Below, one piece after another: positions 1 to 12,822 of a stretch of DNA of 64,000 bases. The notes below the pieces were generated by a model. The model worked only from the letters and a program-made list of their open reading frames with translations. It was not told the DNA's origin and did not search any database. Source of the stretch: Saccostrea cucullata (Eukaryota); assembly GCF_032062105.1 (NCBI RefSeq), contig NW_026922592.1:124001-188000 (forward strand), read 5' to 3'. The number at the start of each line of letters is the position of its first letter. Position 1 is the stretch's first letter. A program made the translations under genes and the position numbers.

Positions 1-74
1 ATTTAACTCTTTACACCTTACTGAACTGTTTTGCAACATACACTTAATGTTCACGTCATAAAAACAGAAATTTA

Positions 75-281
75 CCATTTCCCCGCAAGCATCGTATTGC
101 GTGGTATACGTTTCTCTAAAATTTGTCGTAAATAATATAATGACGTAGAATTTTAATACAAATATAACTTTTCTTATTTTATGAGATTTTTGCAAGTATA
201 AAATAGAATGAAATTGGCATTACATTAAAGATTAAATGAACTTTTTAAAGTGCGTGAAAATGCGTGATTGCGGGGAAACGG
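75..281. mobile_element. Small Tc1/mariner-pogo-type MITE
   Basis: Imperfect 14-bp TIRs (ccatttccccgcaa / ttgcggggaaacgg) each flanked by TA (73-74, 282-283). A partial re-duplication of the right end follows to ~348. Confidence 0.45.
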
Positions 282-410
282 TATATGCGTGATTTTGCGT
301 TAGAAATAGGAAACAGTATATGCGTTAAAATGCGTGACTGCGGGGAAGGGGGTTAATTGATATGACACCCAAGATTAATTTTCCTAGCGGAGTTTTTCCT
401 TAGTATGTTA

Positions 411-1677
411 AACCCCTGTCACACCGGGGCTGCGTCCTCACGGCGACTGCACGGCGTCCTCAAAAAATGCAAAACGCCGAGGTGCTCGCAGTGGAGTCTC
501 CTACAGCGCCGAGACAACTCGGTGAGATCTCCACTGAACGCCGTAGGGTCGCGTAGGGTCTCCTAGAACGCCAGAGGACGGCGATCACTTTGGGCATGCA
601 CAAAGTACGCGCCGTGTGATCGCGGTCTGATAAGAACGCAGTAGCGTAGCAGCGCGATGAGATCTCCAACAACGTAGTGGGAGCTCCGTACGAACGCCGT
701 GAAGACGCACATGATCGCAGCACGAACGCAGTGATAGAAGACTGCGCTTCCGCGGAGACCTCACGGAGATGTCGCGGAGTCCTTGGAGATGTCACTGCGT
801 TTCTATCGCGTTTTTACGGCGCTTCTAATGAGATTTATCGTCTTGTGAATTTTTCGACAGCGATTACACGGCGACAGCACGGAGTTGTCACTGCGATCGT
901 TGCGCTCCCGTGGCGTTTCTACAGCGTCCGTTGGCGATCACAATGCGCTTTCACGGCGTTGTTAGAGCATTGTTAGCCAGCTCACAAAACAAGAGCAATG
1001 GGATCATAATTCCAACGTATTTGATTTCCTAGGAGCATTTAAGTAAAACATGGAAGAGAAAATTACACCAGAACTTGTTCTGTTGTTTCACTTAAATTTT
1101 GTAGAAAACTTTTCAGTTTGTTTATTTTTTTTTACGTTCATATTAATAAAATCAAAGAAAATTAACAACACATCTGAACCGATAAAATTGAGGAAAAAAG
1201 TTTAATCATAAAAGTATTAATAATTTAGTACTAAATTATTTAAATAGAACATTTTTAATTATTAAGAATTTTTCTTGTCATAATAAGAAGTCTTTTCATC
1301 GTGTAACTTGAATCTTTAAACAAAAATGTTTTACATTCCTTCTGAATATATATCAATGGTTATAGAACGCATTGTGAACGTATTGTGAACGCAGCCAGCG
1401 CAGTGAGAACGCCGTGAACACGAGGTGAAAACTCCTAACGCGCCGTGAAAACTCCGCGGATGTGCAGTCAATCGCAGAGAGATCTCCGTGGGAACGCAGT
1501 AGAACGCCGTAAGATCGCCGTAGAATCGCGACCGTCGCCGTAGGAACGCCGTGACATCTTCACATTGTGAAAATTTTACAGAAATTTGGGCAATTTTCCT
1601 GAGATTCCACGGCGATTTAAAAAATTTAACAACGCCGTAATGACTCCGTGTGAACGCAGGTCGGTGTGACAGGGCCT
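411..1677. mobile_element. Non-autonomous PIF/Harbinger-type DNA transposon
   Basis: TIRs aacccctgtcacaccg (411) and cggtgtgacagggcct (to 1677), with similarity extending ~33 bp. 3-bp TTA TSD at 408-410 and 1678-1680. GC-rich arms with acgccgt/acggcgt subterminal motifs surround an AT-rich core; no transposase. Confidence 0.8.
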
Positions 1678-2400
1678 TTATTAATCAGTTTGAGTCCTAT
1701 TGTTAGCAAAAAATGTAGTCTAAGACTGAATGTGCAGGAAAGTGTCTTTTAACTAGGCCTCAGTTGTCCTTTGAATTTAAATTGCCACACGTCCATGGTA
1801 CCCTGGAGGCAAATGCTTCTTCTTGTGGGAATAGTTGCTCAATATCTACAATTAAAATTATTGATGACAATATTTAAAACTGTTCATGTTGAAATATCCT
1901 CAAATTGAATTATGTCGTATTTTTTCTTAATATTAGATCTACTAGCATTAAGTTTTGAAAGTGTGAATACTAATATTTGGACCATACTGATAGCTGTTAG
2001 ATTATCTTTAATACCTTGAATTCCACACAAAAGACAGGATTCTTCACTTCTTGGAATACCCCAACCACTTTCATTACTCTCCTTCACTTGAAAGGCCCTA
2101 TCTTCGGTAAGATTCTCCCTGCTCAAATGGTTAAGACAAGTATTATCTTTTCCAAAAATTGTAGCTATTTGTAGGTACATGAATTATGAAGAAATCAATT
2201 ATCTTACTCATTACTGTTCCTTTCGATTTTTACAGAAATATTTTTTTAATATGAAACATATTGAATAAGATTTAAATGATGCTTTTCACTGTATATAAAT
2301 CTTGGTTTTTGACACACTTTCCATTCAGTAAAAAAGTTTTTTCGATTCTCTTCAAAATACAATGAAAAGTTCAGCCAATAGAAATCACGAAAATCCAGAG

Positions 2401-2671
2401 TCTGTCAACGCTCGATGTACAAGATTCTTGTACAAATTTTAAACGGGGAAGATTGGAAATTTAAATGTACTATAATGACTTATTTTCAAAGTTTTTAGGG
2501 AACTATTTTGCGGAGTAAAAATTAAAATCTTAATTAAAAAATCCTTTTAAGGTGTAACAAATTAAAATAAATAATGTTTTCCGATAAGAAATATAATTTA
2601 CAACTATTATTGATACAGCTTTTAATCATTTACAATTTTCCCAAGAATCTTGCATAACAAGCGTTGACAGA
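2401..2671. mobile_element. MITE-like element with ~30-bp inverted termini
   Basis: tctgtcaacgctcgatgtacaagattcttg (2401-2430) is near-complementary to caagaatcttgcataacaagcgttgacaga (2642-2671). No clear TSD. Confidence 0.45.
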
Positions 2672-3125
2672 GGTGTATGTGGGAGAGAAGCGGGAACGAC
2701 AACTCTGTATAAGAGAATGGAACTGAGAGTCTGTCAGTCTGTACATGTGACTGGAAGACTGACAAAAAATCAACAAACTAGACTTTGTCTTTAACTTCTA
2801 TTTTTTACTTACATTTATGGTCCCAAGCTCTTTAATTCACTATTTTTCTTTATAAGACTGCATTAAGACACCAACTGCCTTTACTGCGGCTATCAAACAC
2901 ATTTTCTGTCACTACGGGAAGCAGATTTCAGTCGCTAATTATAGAACCAAACCGGAACGGACATACGAAATTCCGAATTGTTTGTTTTTTTCAAAGACGA
3001 ATTTCTCATAAACCTACGCGCGCGGGTGACGTTAAATATAGTTTTAATTTTAAACAGCCTTATAATAATAACACTATGATTTTTTAATTACTGAAAATTT
3101 CTGTAGAATTGATAGGTACGCGAAC

Positions 3126-3275
3126 NNNNNNNNNNNNNNNNNNNNNNNNNNNNNNNNNNNNNNNNNNNNNNNNNNNNNNNNNNNNNNNNNNNNNNNNNNN
3201 NNNNNNNNNNNNNNNNNNNNNNNNNNNNNNNNNNNNNNNNNNNNNNNNNNNNNNNNNNNNNNNNNNNNNNNNNNN
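3126..3275. other. Assembly gap (150 N)
   Basis: Run of N. Confidence 0.99.
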
Positions 3276-3576
3276 AAAATTGCTATAGCCAGATCTTATT
3301 CTAATATTTAATCAACTGTGATCGACCGTGATCATGACAACTTGTATACATTTTCCCACAATAAACTTCAAAATACACCGTATCACGAGTTTTTATTGAG
3401 GGGCGGCTAGAATTCCTCGTAGTTTAATTTTCGTGAAACATAAAAATTGATAGTGACTTACTATTGAATATTTTCCATAATTATTATGGGAGAGGAACTC
3501 GTGTAAGATTAATGCACACTATATTGGAACGACCAATTTTTGGAGTGTTTAATCCTTTGGCATCCTGGTAATCACT

Positions 3577-3642
3577 TACCCGTAAAACTTACTAAAAGTA
3601 CCCGTAAAACTTACTAAAAGTACCCGTAAAACTTACTAAAAG
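3577..3642. repeat. 22-bp tandem repeat x3
   Basis: Three perfect copies of tacccgtaaaacttactaaaag. Confidence 0.95.
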
Positions 3643-3874
3643 GGGAGAATGCATGAGGCGCAATAATTAAAGAAGTTATTTAATCTAAAACAAAATGATA
3701 CAATGAAAAACAAATACGTCAGTGTTTTCCTTTTGTAGTAAGTGAGCTGAGAAATATCAGCAAATCGAACACACCCGGAAAAAAAATTCAGTGCTATGAC
3801 ATGCTTGGCGCAGTGCATGGTAAGAATTTTTGCTACCGACTCCTGAAGTAAGGAGTTCATCCTTACGGGCTAAT

Positions 3875-6690
3875 AATGATGATGTACATGTTCTAATTGA
3901 ATACCAGTATGTGATGTTAATTATGTTGATGAAGTATGTGTCTTTGATCTTGTGATGATAATGATGATGTACATATTTTATGACTTTACGATGATTATGA
4001 TGATATACCCCTGGTATATGTTTATGATTTGACAATGATTTGGTAAAGTACATGTTTTATAATTGACGATGATTTGGTATAGTACATGTTTTATAATTGA
4101 CGATGATTTGGTGATGTACATGTTTTATAATTGACAATGATTTGGTAAAGTACATGTTTTATAATTGACGATGATTTGGTAAAGTACATGTTTTATGATT
4201 GACGATGATTTGGTGATGTACATGTTTTTTTTTATAATTGACGATGATTTGGTGATGTACATGTTTTATGATTGACGATGATTTGGTGATGTACATGTTT
4301 TATGATTGACGATGATTTGGTAAAGTACATGTTTTATAATTGACGATGATTTGGTAAAGTACGAGGGTCGTTAGAAAAGTTCGCAGACACATTGAATTAC
4401 GGAAAATCTGTTGTGTACTGTGAAGTATGACCTATGTCTAAATAAATTCCTACATTTTGTTTATTGGTATGTAAAAAATCAGGTCCATTTTATAAAATCT
4501 TGAAAATTTACAGCGATTTTTACTATGAGGTCATGGGATTCACGGAGCAATCACTTGACGTAAGGCGACGTGACAACCATGCAGATTTCAACCCGTTAAG
4601 CTTTGTCGCAGTTCTATAAATATTTAATTTCTTAAGATATTTCTTATCTTTTTTCTAGTTTAAAATTAAATATCTATATCAAGACATGTTACTGTTCTTC
4701 TATAATGTCTTTTGTACTGATTCGGATATTATTGAGATCTTTAAAAAAGTTATGCAGTCAATCAATCAGGTATGGAAACTGTGCTAAAACCATATAGGCG
4801 CAACACAATCCATACGATACGGGGGTATTGAAGTATCGGTGGAGTTAATCATTCAAAATGTTAATCCTTCCATTCTTTTGAAGCTATAACCATTTGAAAA
4901 CTTGTCCATTGTAGGTGTAGGAAATTTCCGGCAGCATCTTGAATATTTTAATCTCTTTTAGACATTCTCACGTCTGCATACACAATTTTTACGTAGTGCA
5001 GTGCTCCATGACGCTCAATGACGTTCCAATTTTTGGCTGTGTTTTTAAGCGTTGATCATTTATAAACGGCTATAAAACAGTCATATACCTTCCAATGTTG
5101 TTCAAAATTTCTTCCAGTGACTTTTCATGAATACTTTAGCGGCAGGTAAAATGTCATAAATCTCTTTGCGTTACAATTGTGCAATTTTTTTATTTTAGTA
5201 AAGAGTATTATTTTGTGATGTAAACGTGCCAAAATGTAGCATGCTCCGTGAAGCAATTTTTATCAAAATAAAACAGCTGTATATTTTTCAATAATAATTT
5301 AACTAGAGAGCATCAAATTCTTGTATATTTATTGGAAAAAAGGTAAAGAGTTTATCTGGAAAGTTTGACCGGTTTCGTTGAAATAGCGCGCTCACAACAG
5401 AACTTGTCCGCGAACTTTTCTAACACCCCTCGTACATGTTTTATGATTGACGTTGATTTGGTGATGTACATGTTTTTTTTATAATTGACGATGATTTGGT
5501 GATGTACATGTTTTATGATTGACGATGATTTGATGATGTACATGTTTTATGATTGACGATGATTTGGTAAAGTACATGTTTTATAATTGACGATGATTTG
5601 GTAAAGTACATGTTTTATAATTGACGATGATTTGGTAAAGTACATGTTTTATGATTGACGATGATTTGGTGATGTACATGTTTTTTTATAATTGACGATG
5701 ATTTGGTGATGTACATGTTTTATGATTGACGATGATTTGGTGATGTACATGTTTTATGATTGACGATGATTTGGTAAAGTACATGTTTTATAATTGACGA
5801 TGATTTGGTAAAGTACATGTTTTATGATTGACGCTGATTTGGTAAAGTACATGTTTTATGATTGACGCTGATTTGGTAAAGTACATGTTTTATAATTGAC
5901 GATGATTTGGTAAAGTACATGTTTTATGATTGACGATGATTTGGTGATGTACATGTTTTATGACTGACAATGATTTGATGATGTACACGTTTTGTGATTT
6001 GCCAATGATTTGGTGATGTACATGTTTTATGATTTGACGATGATTTGGTGATGTACATGTTTTATGATTGACGATGATTTGGTGATGTACATGTTTTTTT
6101 ATAATTGACGATGATTTGGTGATGTACATGTTTTATGATTGACGATGATTTGGTGATGTACATGTTTTATGATTGACGATGATTTGGTAAAGTACATGTT
6201 TTATAATTGACGATGATTTGGTAAAGTACATGTTTTATGATTGACGCTGATTTGGTAAAGTACATGTTTTATGATTGACGCTGATTTGGTAAAGTACATG
6301 TTTTATAATTGACGATGATTTGGTAAAGTACATGTTTTATGATTGACGATGATTTGGTCATGTACATGTTTTATGACTGACAATGATTTGATGATGTACA
6401 CGTTTTATGATTTGCCAATGATTTGGTGATGTACATGTTTTATGATTTGACGATGATTTGGTGATGTACATGTTTTATGATTTGACGATGATTTGGTGAT
6501 GATCATGTTTTATGATTTGACAATGATTTGATGATGTACGATGATATATGTGATGTAAATGTTTAATGGTTTTACGATGGTATTTGTGATGTACATGTTT
6601 TATAATTTGACAATGATTTAGTAATGTACATGTACATGTTTTATGATTTGACAATGATTTGATGATGCACATGTTCTGTGATTTGAAGAT
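3875..6690. repeat. 34-bp minisatellite array, interrupted by a mariner-type element
   Basis: Consensus gtacatgttttat(g/a)attgacgatgatttggt(gat/aaa); dozens of copies, degenerate at both edges. Confidence 0.95.
4362..5432. mobile_element. Non-autonomous mariner-type element (1071 bp)
   Basis: 28-bp TIRs cgagggtcgttagaaaagttcgcagaca / tgtccgcgaacttttctaacacccctcg (3 mismatches). TA TSD at 4360-4361 and 5433-5434, inside a gTAc of the satellite unit. Confidence 0.9.
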
Positions 6691-9600
6691 TTGAATGATG
6701 ATGGATTGCTGGAAAATTGAAGATCTGTATAATTTGCTTTCTAAAACTATCTTGCATTGTGTTCAACTAAAGATATGAAGATCATAAACTTTAAATCTAT
6801 GCTTTTGCAGCTTTAACCCCCAGTCTTTGCACTACACGGACCTTCTTTTCGCATTCTTATAATTATCCTTTCTCAGTCGGCATATTTATAATCGAATTAC
6901 TATAAATTTTACATATTTCAATAAGGCGTTGACATTAAGCAATCAAGTAATGTCATAAAACTAAGGTATGTGAAATGTATACAATTAAATTCATATTCAA
7001 ATTAAAAGGTCCTGTGGTAATATTATAGTGGTTTTTTATATGACGAATAAAATTAGCCCATAATCACTGGAATCACTTTGTTCGATAATGTTCATATATC
7101 AGATTAATGCTAACGAGGAGCTGTGATTATGGTGTTTTATTCACGTAAATATCAATACAATGTATTACTTTTTTAGGTATCTCAGACTAAAATACATCTC
7201 ACGCGACATAACGATTCTAATAAAGAGCGTTAATTAGCACGGTAAAGCTAATCAAAACGGTTTCTGTGATTGACACAAACGATGCCTTGTTATAGAGATG
7301 TATAATACAGAACTACAGTGTGACACACGGATCAATGTAATGGTGCATTTTGTTGGTTTGGAGCATAATAAACGGTGACCATTTGACCGGAACTAAGCAT
7401 TGAAAGTATCTGATTTGTTTTAACGGCCAGCCACTGAATCCCACGTGTCTTCAGGTAAAATAAGCAGCGATTCATACAGGTAAGTTAATTGATTGCATTA
7501 TAATTAAACATAGTGTTTTGAATATTTTTTGCAAAGTATAATTCTACAAGTATTTAAGAAACTAATAGTTTTAAACATAATTATAATGTATCGGGGTAAT
7601 CAGTTGATGAATGGAAAAATAAAATGAGAACAGGTAAGTCATTAAAATTACTCCTAGGTATATAAAAAAGCTGTCGATCACTGCAAACAGGAGAACTTTA
7701 GGAATGTCAGAAAGCTTAATTGAGAAGTAGAATTTTATTCACTGAGAGAAAAGTAATCTTTTATTTAAGGTATAAACTGTGTTTCAGAATTTGTAATACA
7801 CATGTAAGTTTGCAACACACCTGTAAATTTTAATGCGCATTGAGTCTACAAATGCTTTAGGCTGTTTTTCCTCATAGAAATTTCTGTAAAACAAAGGGAA
7901 TTCGAAGCTACCTTTTTTTGTTGATGGTTTACTGATAATTAAGGAATTCATTGCAAATTTGGTGGTTGAGTTAACTTAATGAGAGATTGATTCTTCACTG
8001 AAACCAGAGGCCATATTTTACTGTCCCTGGTGAAAACAAGAGCGCGGAAAGAGAAAAGATTTCATTTCTCATGGAAAAATAAGGGAAGCTAGGATATTTT
8101 TTAGTTCAAATCATTTAATCAAAAGTTTTAGTATTATTCTAATAATTTTGATTTAATGGATTCGGTTTATAAATGTCGTCAGAACACGTATATATAGTCG
8201 TAACTTTATATGGTAAGTACAAAAATGATAAATCAATGATAAATACATCATATAATTATTTTCCGGAAACAATCTTTTGCACATCTCGGAATTGGTCTCA
8301 TTGTCAAGCAATATTTTATGTATGTAGAGAAAATCTACTCCTACTCGATATATTCAAAAATTACATTATAACGTCGGCACTTAAAGCCAATCCAATTTGG
8401 AAAATGCAAGTTGGAAGTATTCAGATAATTTTTTTTTCTTGAAGAATGGTAAGAATAAGCGATTTATTCTTCTCAAATAGACTATAGAGGTGGCCAGGAG
8501 CTAGGGGGGTATAACGGCACCAGCTCCCTACGACAAATTTTGCTGTCCTCATCCATTACGCTTCCTCTTTGCAAAAACTTGGATTTGCTCTTGATTAATG
8601 CTAAGCCTAACATTTTTACTTATGTATGCCATAAACTATTACACTTTCATCTTTCCTCGCAATGCCAGGGCTCCTGAGTCAAAACGTTGCCGATGGATCC
8701 CCGGCATATTTCATTCAATATTTTAGGGCTTACTTCTCTCATTGAGAAGCACCAATCAAAAGAATGCTTTAATAAACAGTTAGATAATGTAAACAAAAAT
8801 GAGTCAGTTGAAACTTCAAATGCACATTTTACGAGTGGTTTATTACAGAATGGCTTTATTAATGTTATTGATTTAGATAAGAAAAAAAATCAAGACTTGT
8901 AATTTTTCGAAAGTGGTCGCTTCAGCCAGCCCACGAATATTGAATGAAATATGCTAGGGGTCCAATGGTAACGTGTTGACTCAGGACCTCTGGCATTGCG
9001 AAGATGATCATGTTCCGTAATTTCCATTTATCAGATGTTAATACCTTAAATAATTAAGCACAAGACACCTATTGCCAAATTTCCAATTTCATGGCCGAGC
9101 TTTTAACGTCCAATGCCTCTTTCTGATAAAAAAAAAACCCCTTCTTTTTTATTTTAAGTGGCATCCAAGTGACCCTGAATGTTTTGGTCATAAGCTAGGA
9201 CTTAACAAGCAAATTTTTTTTCCCATAACGTGTTACCTTGACCTTGTTTAAATGACCTTTATGGAATTCACCATGTCAGCTTAAGTTTGAAAAATCAACT
9301 ATATAAGCTTAATTGTCTGAGTGAAAGGCCCCATTTCATATTTTCTTGCATTTTCTTTTTTACATCTGACGTTCCCTGGCGGACCTACAAAGAATACATG
9401 CGTTAATATGTAGCAAAAAATGAATCTTGTGAATGGTGCCGGAAAATTCTGACGATTTTATTATCAGCTTCGGAAATTTGAAAGTTGCGAACGGATTCCT
9501 GAAAAGTTGTTTTTAGTGTAAAAGAACGAATAATATGTACACAATGTAATCAAGAAATCATGTTTAGAACCTCGTAAACATCCGGTAAAAGGTCCATAAC

Positions 9601-9966
9601 CAGTGCAGATATCGGAACCGGATCATGCGCACTTGATTCAAACACTAATTGATTATTTCCGGTTCCTAAATGGATTCGGAAAAGCTTTTAAGAAGGGACG
9701 TGCTTAATGACAGCCCTACTGACGCTTTAACGTTAACACGATTAAATAAAGCACTGCAGTGTCCTTGAAACTTTTTTATGAGGTTCAGCACAGTTCACAA
9801 AAATAAAAACTCTAAAACATCAAAGTCGAAGGATAAAAAAGTTTTACTTCGTTTGTATGTCTGTCAATTCGTTTGTTGATATAGTTCTAGGTATTCTTTG
9901 TTTCTCTGTGAATTAAAGGTATTTGTTGCATGATACACCTGGAGATCAGGGATTTGTGTAGGTATA

Positions 9967-10260
9967 TTGATTGATTGTATATTGTTTAACGTCCCTCTCG
10001 AGAATTTTTCATTCATATGACGTCACCGTATGCTGAAGGGCTTCAAATTTAGACCTATACTCGGCACTCGGGGCCATTGAGCAGCGAGAGTTCTTCATCG
10101 TGACAATGCCTACCGTGACACGGGACCTACATTTTTTAAGGTCATATCCGAAAGACCCGTGACTTTCACTTCTAGTGCCGAGCGCTTGGCGAAGGAACTG
10201 TCACTACCTATGTTTACGTCTTAGGTATGACGCGGCGCCGCGAACGAGAATCGAAGCCGA
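9967..10260 (-). mobile_element. SINE (probably tRNA-derived) with (CAAT)n tail
   Basis: Close match to the copy at 63874-64000 (ttgattgattg...tttaacgtccctctcgagaattttt). B-box-like gcttcgattc lies at the minus-strand 5' end. Confidence 0.7.
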
Positions 10261-11759
10261 TAGATTTAACAAAAAAAGGTAAACCCCAATTTTAAATGCA
10301 CAGAAAATGTCTATCTTGGCCAAAAAAAGTGAGGGGGTAAGCCCCCCCCCCTCCCCTAGCCCCCGGTTTCGACGCCTATGCATAAAGGCCATGTACATGT
10401 AGATAAATTCCAAATAAAGAGTAAAGACATATTATCATTATTTTTAAATTAAATTGTCGAAAGCAGTCGAAAGGGGATGCTTAATCCTACGTGACACCTG
10501 ATCAATCGTCTGATGCTTTTCGAGATCTATGTTAACTTTGCTGTTCTCCCAGTCTGATTTTTTATTAATGGACTTTTAAGCTTGAAGAAGTTCTTAGCCT
10601 TCATATTACAAGTAGAACGATTTACCATATTTCTGTTAAAATATGGCCATGTTCTAGTAAATATATAGTAAATACATGTATGGCTAGACATTAACATATA
10701 TAAGTTTGATTTCACATAACTATTCGCTTATGTAATAGATGCTAGGCAGGGTCAATGAATAGATATATACATATTTGTGCTCAGATTTGTGAAATGTGGA
10801 TAGCTAGGCTATGAAGTTTACTACCGCATCATCGAACATCAACTAAAAGGTCGATGGCGCGATAATGCGGTAGAGCGATAACACTGATGCGTTAACACGT
10901 ATGGATCGTTTCATCGTCATCATACCATTGCGCTATCGCCATCGCACCATTGTGTCATCAAGCTATTGCTTCATCGTGCGATCGCATCGTCGTCATCGCA
11001 TTGTCGCTTCCTTGCATAATGGTCTTCGCGCTATCATTTCCTCTCTCCTTCATCCCCAGCAGAATCCGGTTTTGCATATTTTTTTCTTTGGACACAAAAG
11101 TTCAGCGCGCTGAGATTGTTCCATTTTATCGTATGTATCCTATTTTAATCAGTGATTGCGTGTTTCCCTTGTTTCTTTTTTGCTAAAGAAAATTTTCAGA
11201 AATAAAAAAAAATCGAGGTTTCGTGCTTCACAAATCTGTTTGCATTTTGAGTTATGGCGTGCTTGGAGACAAATTCAAATAAGTCCTATGTCGCCGTTTT
11301 TTCGATTAGATACATTCAAATTTAATTAAGTCGCAAATGTATCTTCTTTGTCTTTAAAACCAACACAGCTCCTATTTAAGGTTACACGGACAAATATTGA
11401 TGGAAGAGTTTGGAGATATCCTTTCTCTTCTATCGGTAGCTCTATTGACTCGAGTGTGTAATTAAGGCAGAGTTCAGAGCTTTTAATGATTTTATTTTAT
11501 GCTATTTGGTTTACTAATTGACCTTTTCACAGAAAGAAAAGCTCCATAATATCATATGTTTATTGAGACGAGTAATGGTATTTATAGGCTGAATGAATGA
11601 CACAGCCGTTAAATGAAGCACATCCGAAACAGTGAAGATTGATTGATTATAATTTAATAGATGATATGAAACATTTACTAGTCCAGCCTGCCAAGTTCAT
11701 CTTGACGCTTGTTTCTCACTTGTATCGGTCTTCTTAATCATTGGATTTTAATATTGCAG

Positions 11760-11807
11760 AGCCTAAAGATGACCGAGATAGTCTTCCAACTATAGGCAAA
11801 GGCAAAC
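11760..11807 (+). other. Candidate non-coding 5' exon of the globin gene
   Basis: Bounded by a ttgcag acceptor and a gtaagt donor; a matching acceptor (ttataag) lies 15 nt upstream of the globin ATG. Contains a short uORF. Confidence 0.35.
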
Positions 11808-12822
11808 GTAAGTAGTTATAACTTTAAATTATGTAAATAAACTAAGATACAAAAAAAATTAAAAGTCGATAACGATTAAATCTAGTTCTACCTTTATATG
11901 TCTCAGGATTTTTTATTTAAAATTTCAAATTCTGTGAATTTCCTCATAGACATGAGAAGCTTCGCTTAACAAAGAACAAAAAGTTTTATTTACTGTCTTG
12001 AAAATATTTTCAAAGTATATTATATTATATTTCTAAAATTAAAATATTTCCTTAATTTCCGTTGAAATAAACTTTTACTGTTGCGCATTTTTAAAAATAG
12101 AACCTGCATTTGAATAAAGCTCTCTGTTTTCTGTAATTTCTTTTACTAGTATTAATAATTATTCATATTAAATATCATTATTGTATTAGTACCTGTATAG
12201 TCCGGAACCCGTACATTTCGTTGCACTGTAAATTCTCACATTTATTTTCATTGCAATATTACTGATTTCTGTGTTCTTTACCCTTTGTAATCGGACACCC
12301 CATCTCTTCTTACACTTAATCTCCCAGTGGTTATGACGTACTGGACATGTTTCACTGTATCAAATCCATAAGAATAATCCTCTGAGTGAAGGGAAATAGT
12401 TTATTATACCAGGCAGAATGGGATGGGGTTAAAAGTCTCGTCATAGTAGCCTCATATGTTATCTGTTTCTTTTTTACTTCTTTTGAACAAATATCAGGTA
12501 ACTTATTTTGTATACTTGGCCTTGACCTTTCAACTTAATTTGTGAAAAAACATCACCATCCACATTCTTTGAAAAGAAATGACATGTCTGAACTGCAGGT
12601 CTAGCTCCTGATAATTTTTTTTCAAATACCAACCTTGACAATTTCTGCTTATGACCTTGAACTTGAAGCTTACTGAAAATTTTAAAATGCAATATTGCCT
12701 GTATATATATGAACTGTAACGGATATTTATGGTATAGTCAACCTTCCATACAGTATTGACTTTAAATTACTTTCAAATAATAATCTAATGTCCTTTTTGT
12801 TTATAAGAAAAAACCTACAACC

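Noticed and set aside
460-976. ORFs of 111 and 99 aa
   Set aside because: They lie in the GC-rich arm of the Harbinger-type MITE and show no protein motifs.
3757-6672. His/Ile/Lys-rich ORFs and a CRISPR-like periodicity
   Set aside because: These are translations of a 34-bp head-to-tail satellite; there are no unique spacers or cas genes, and the context is eukaryotic.
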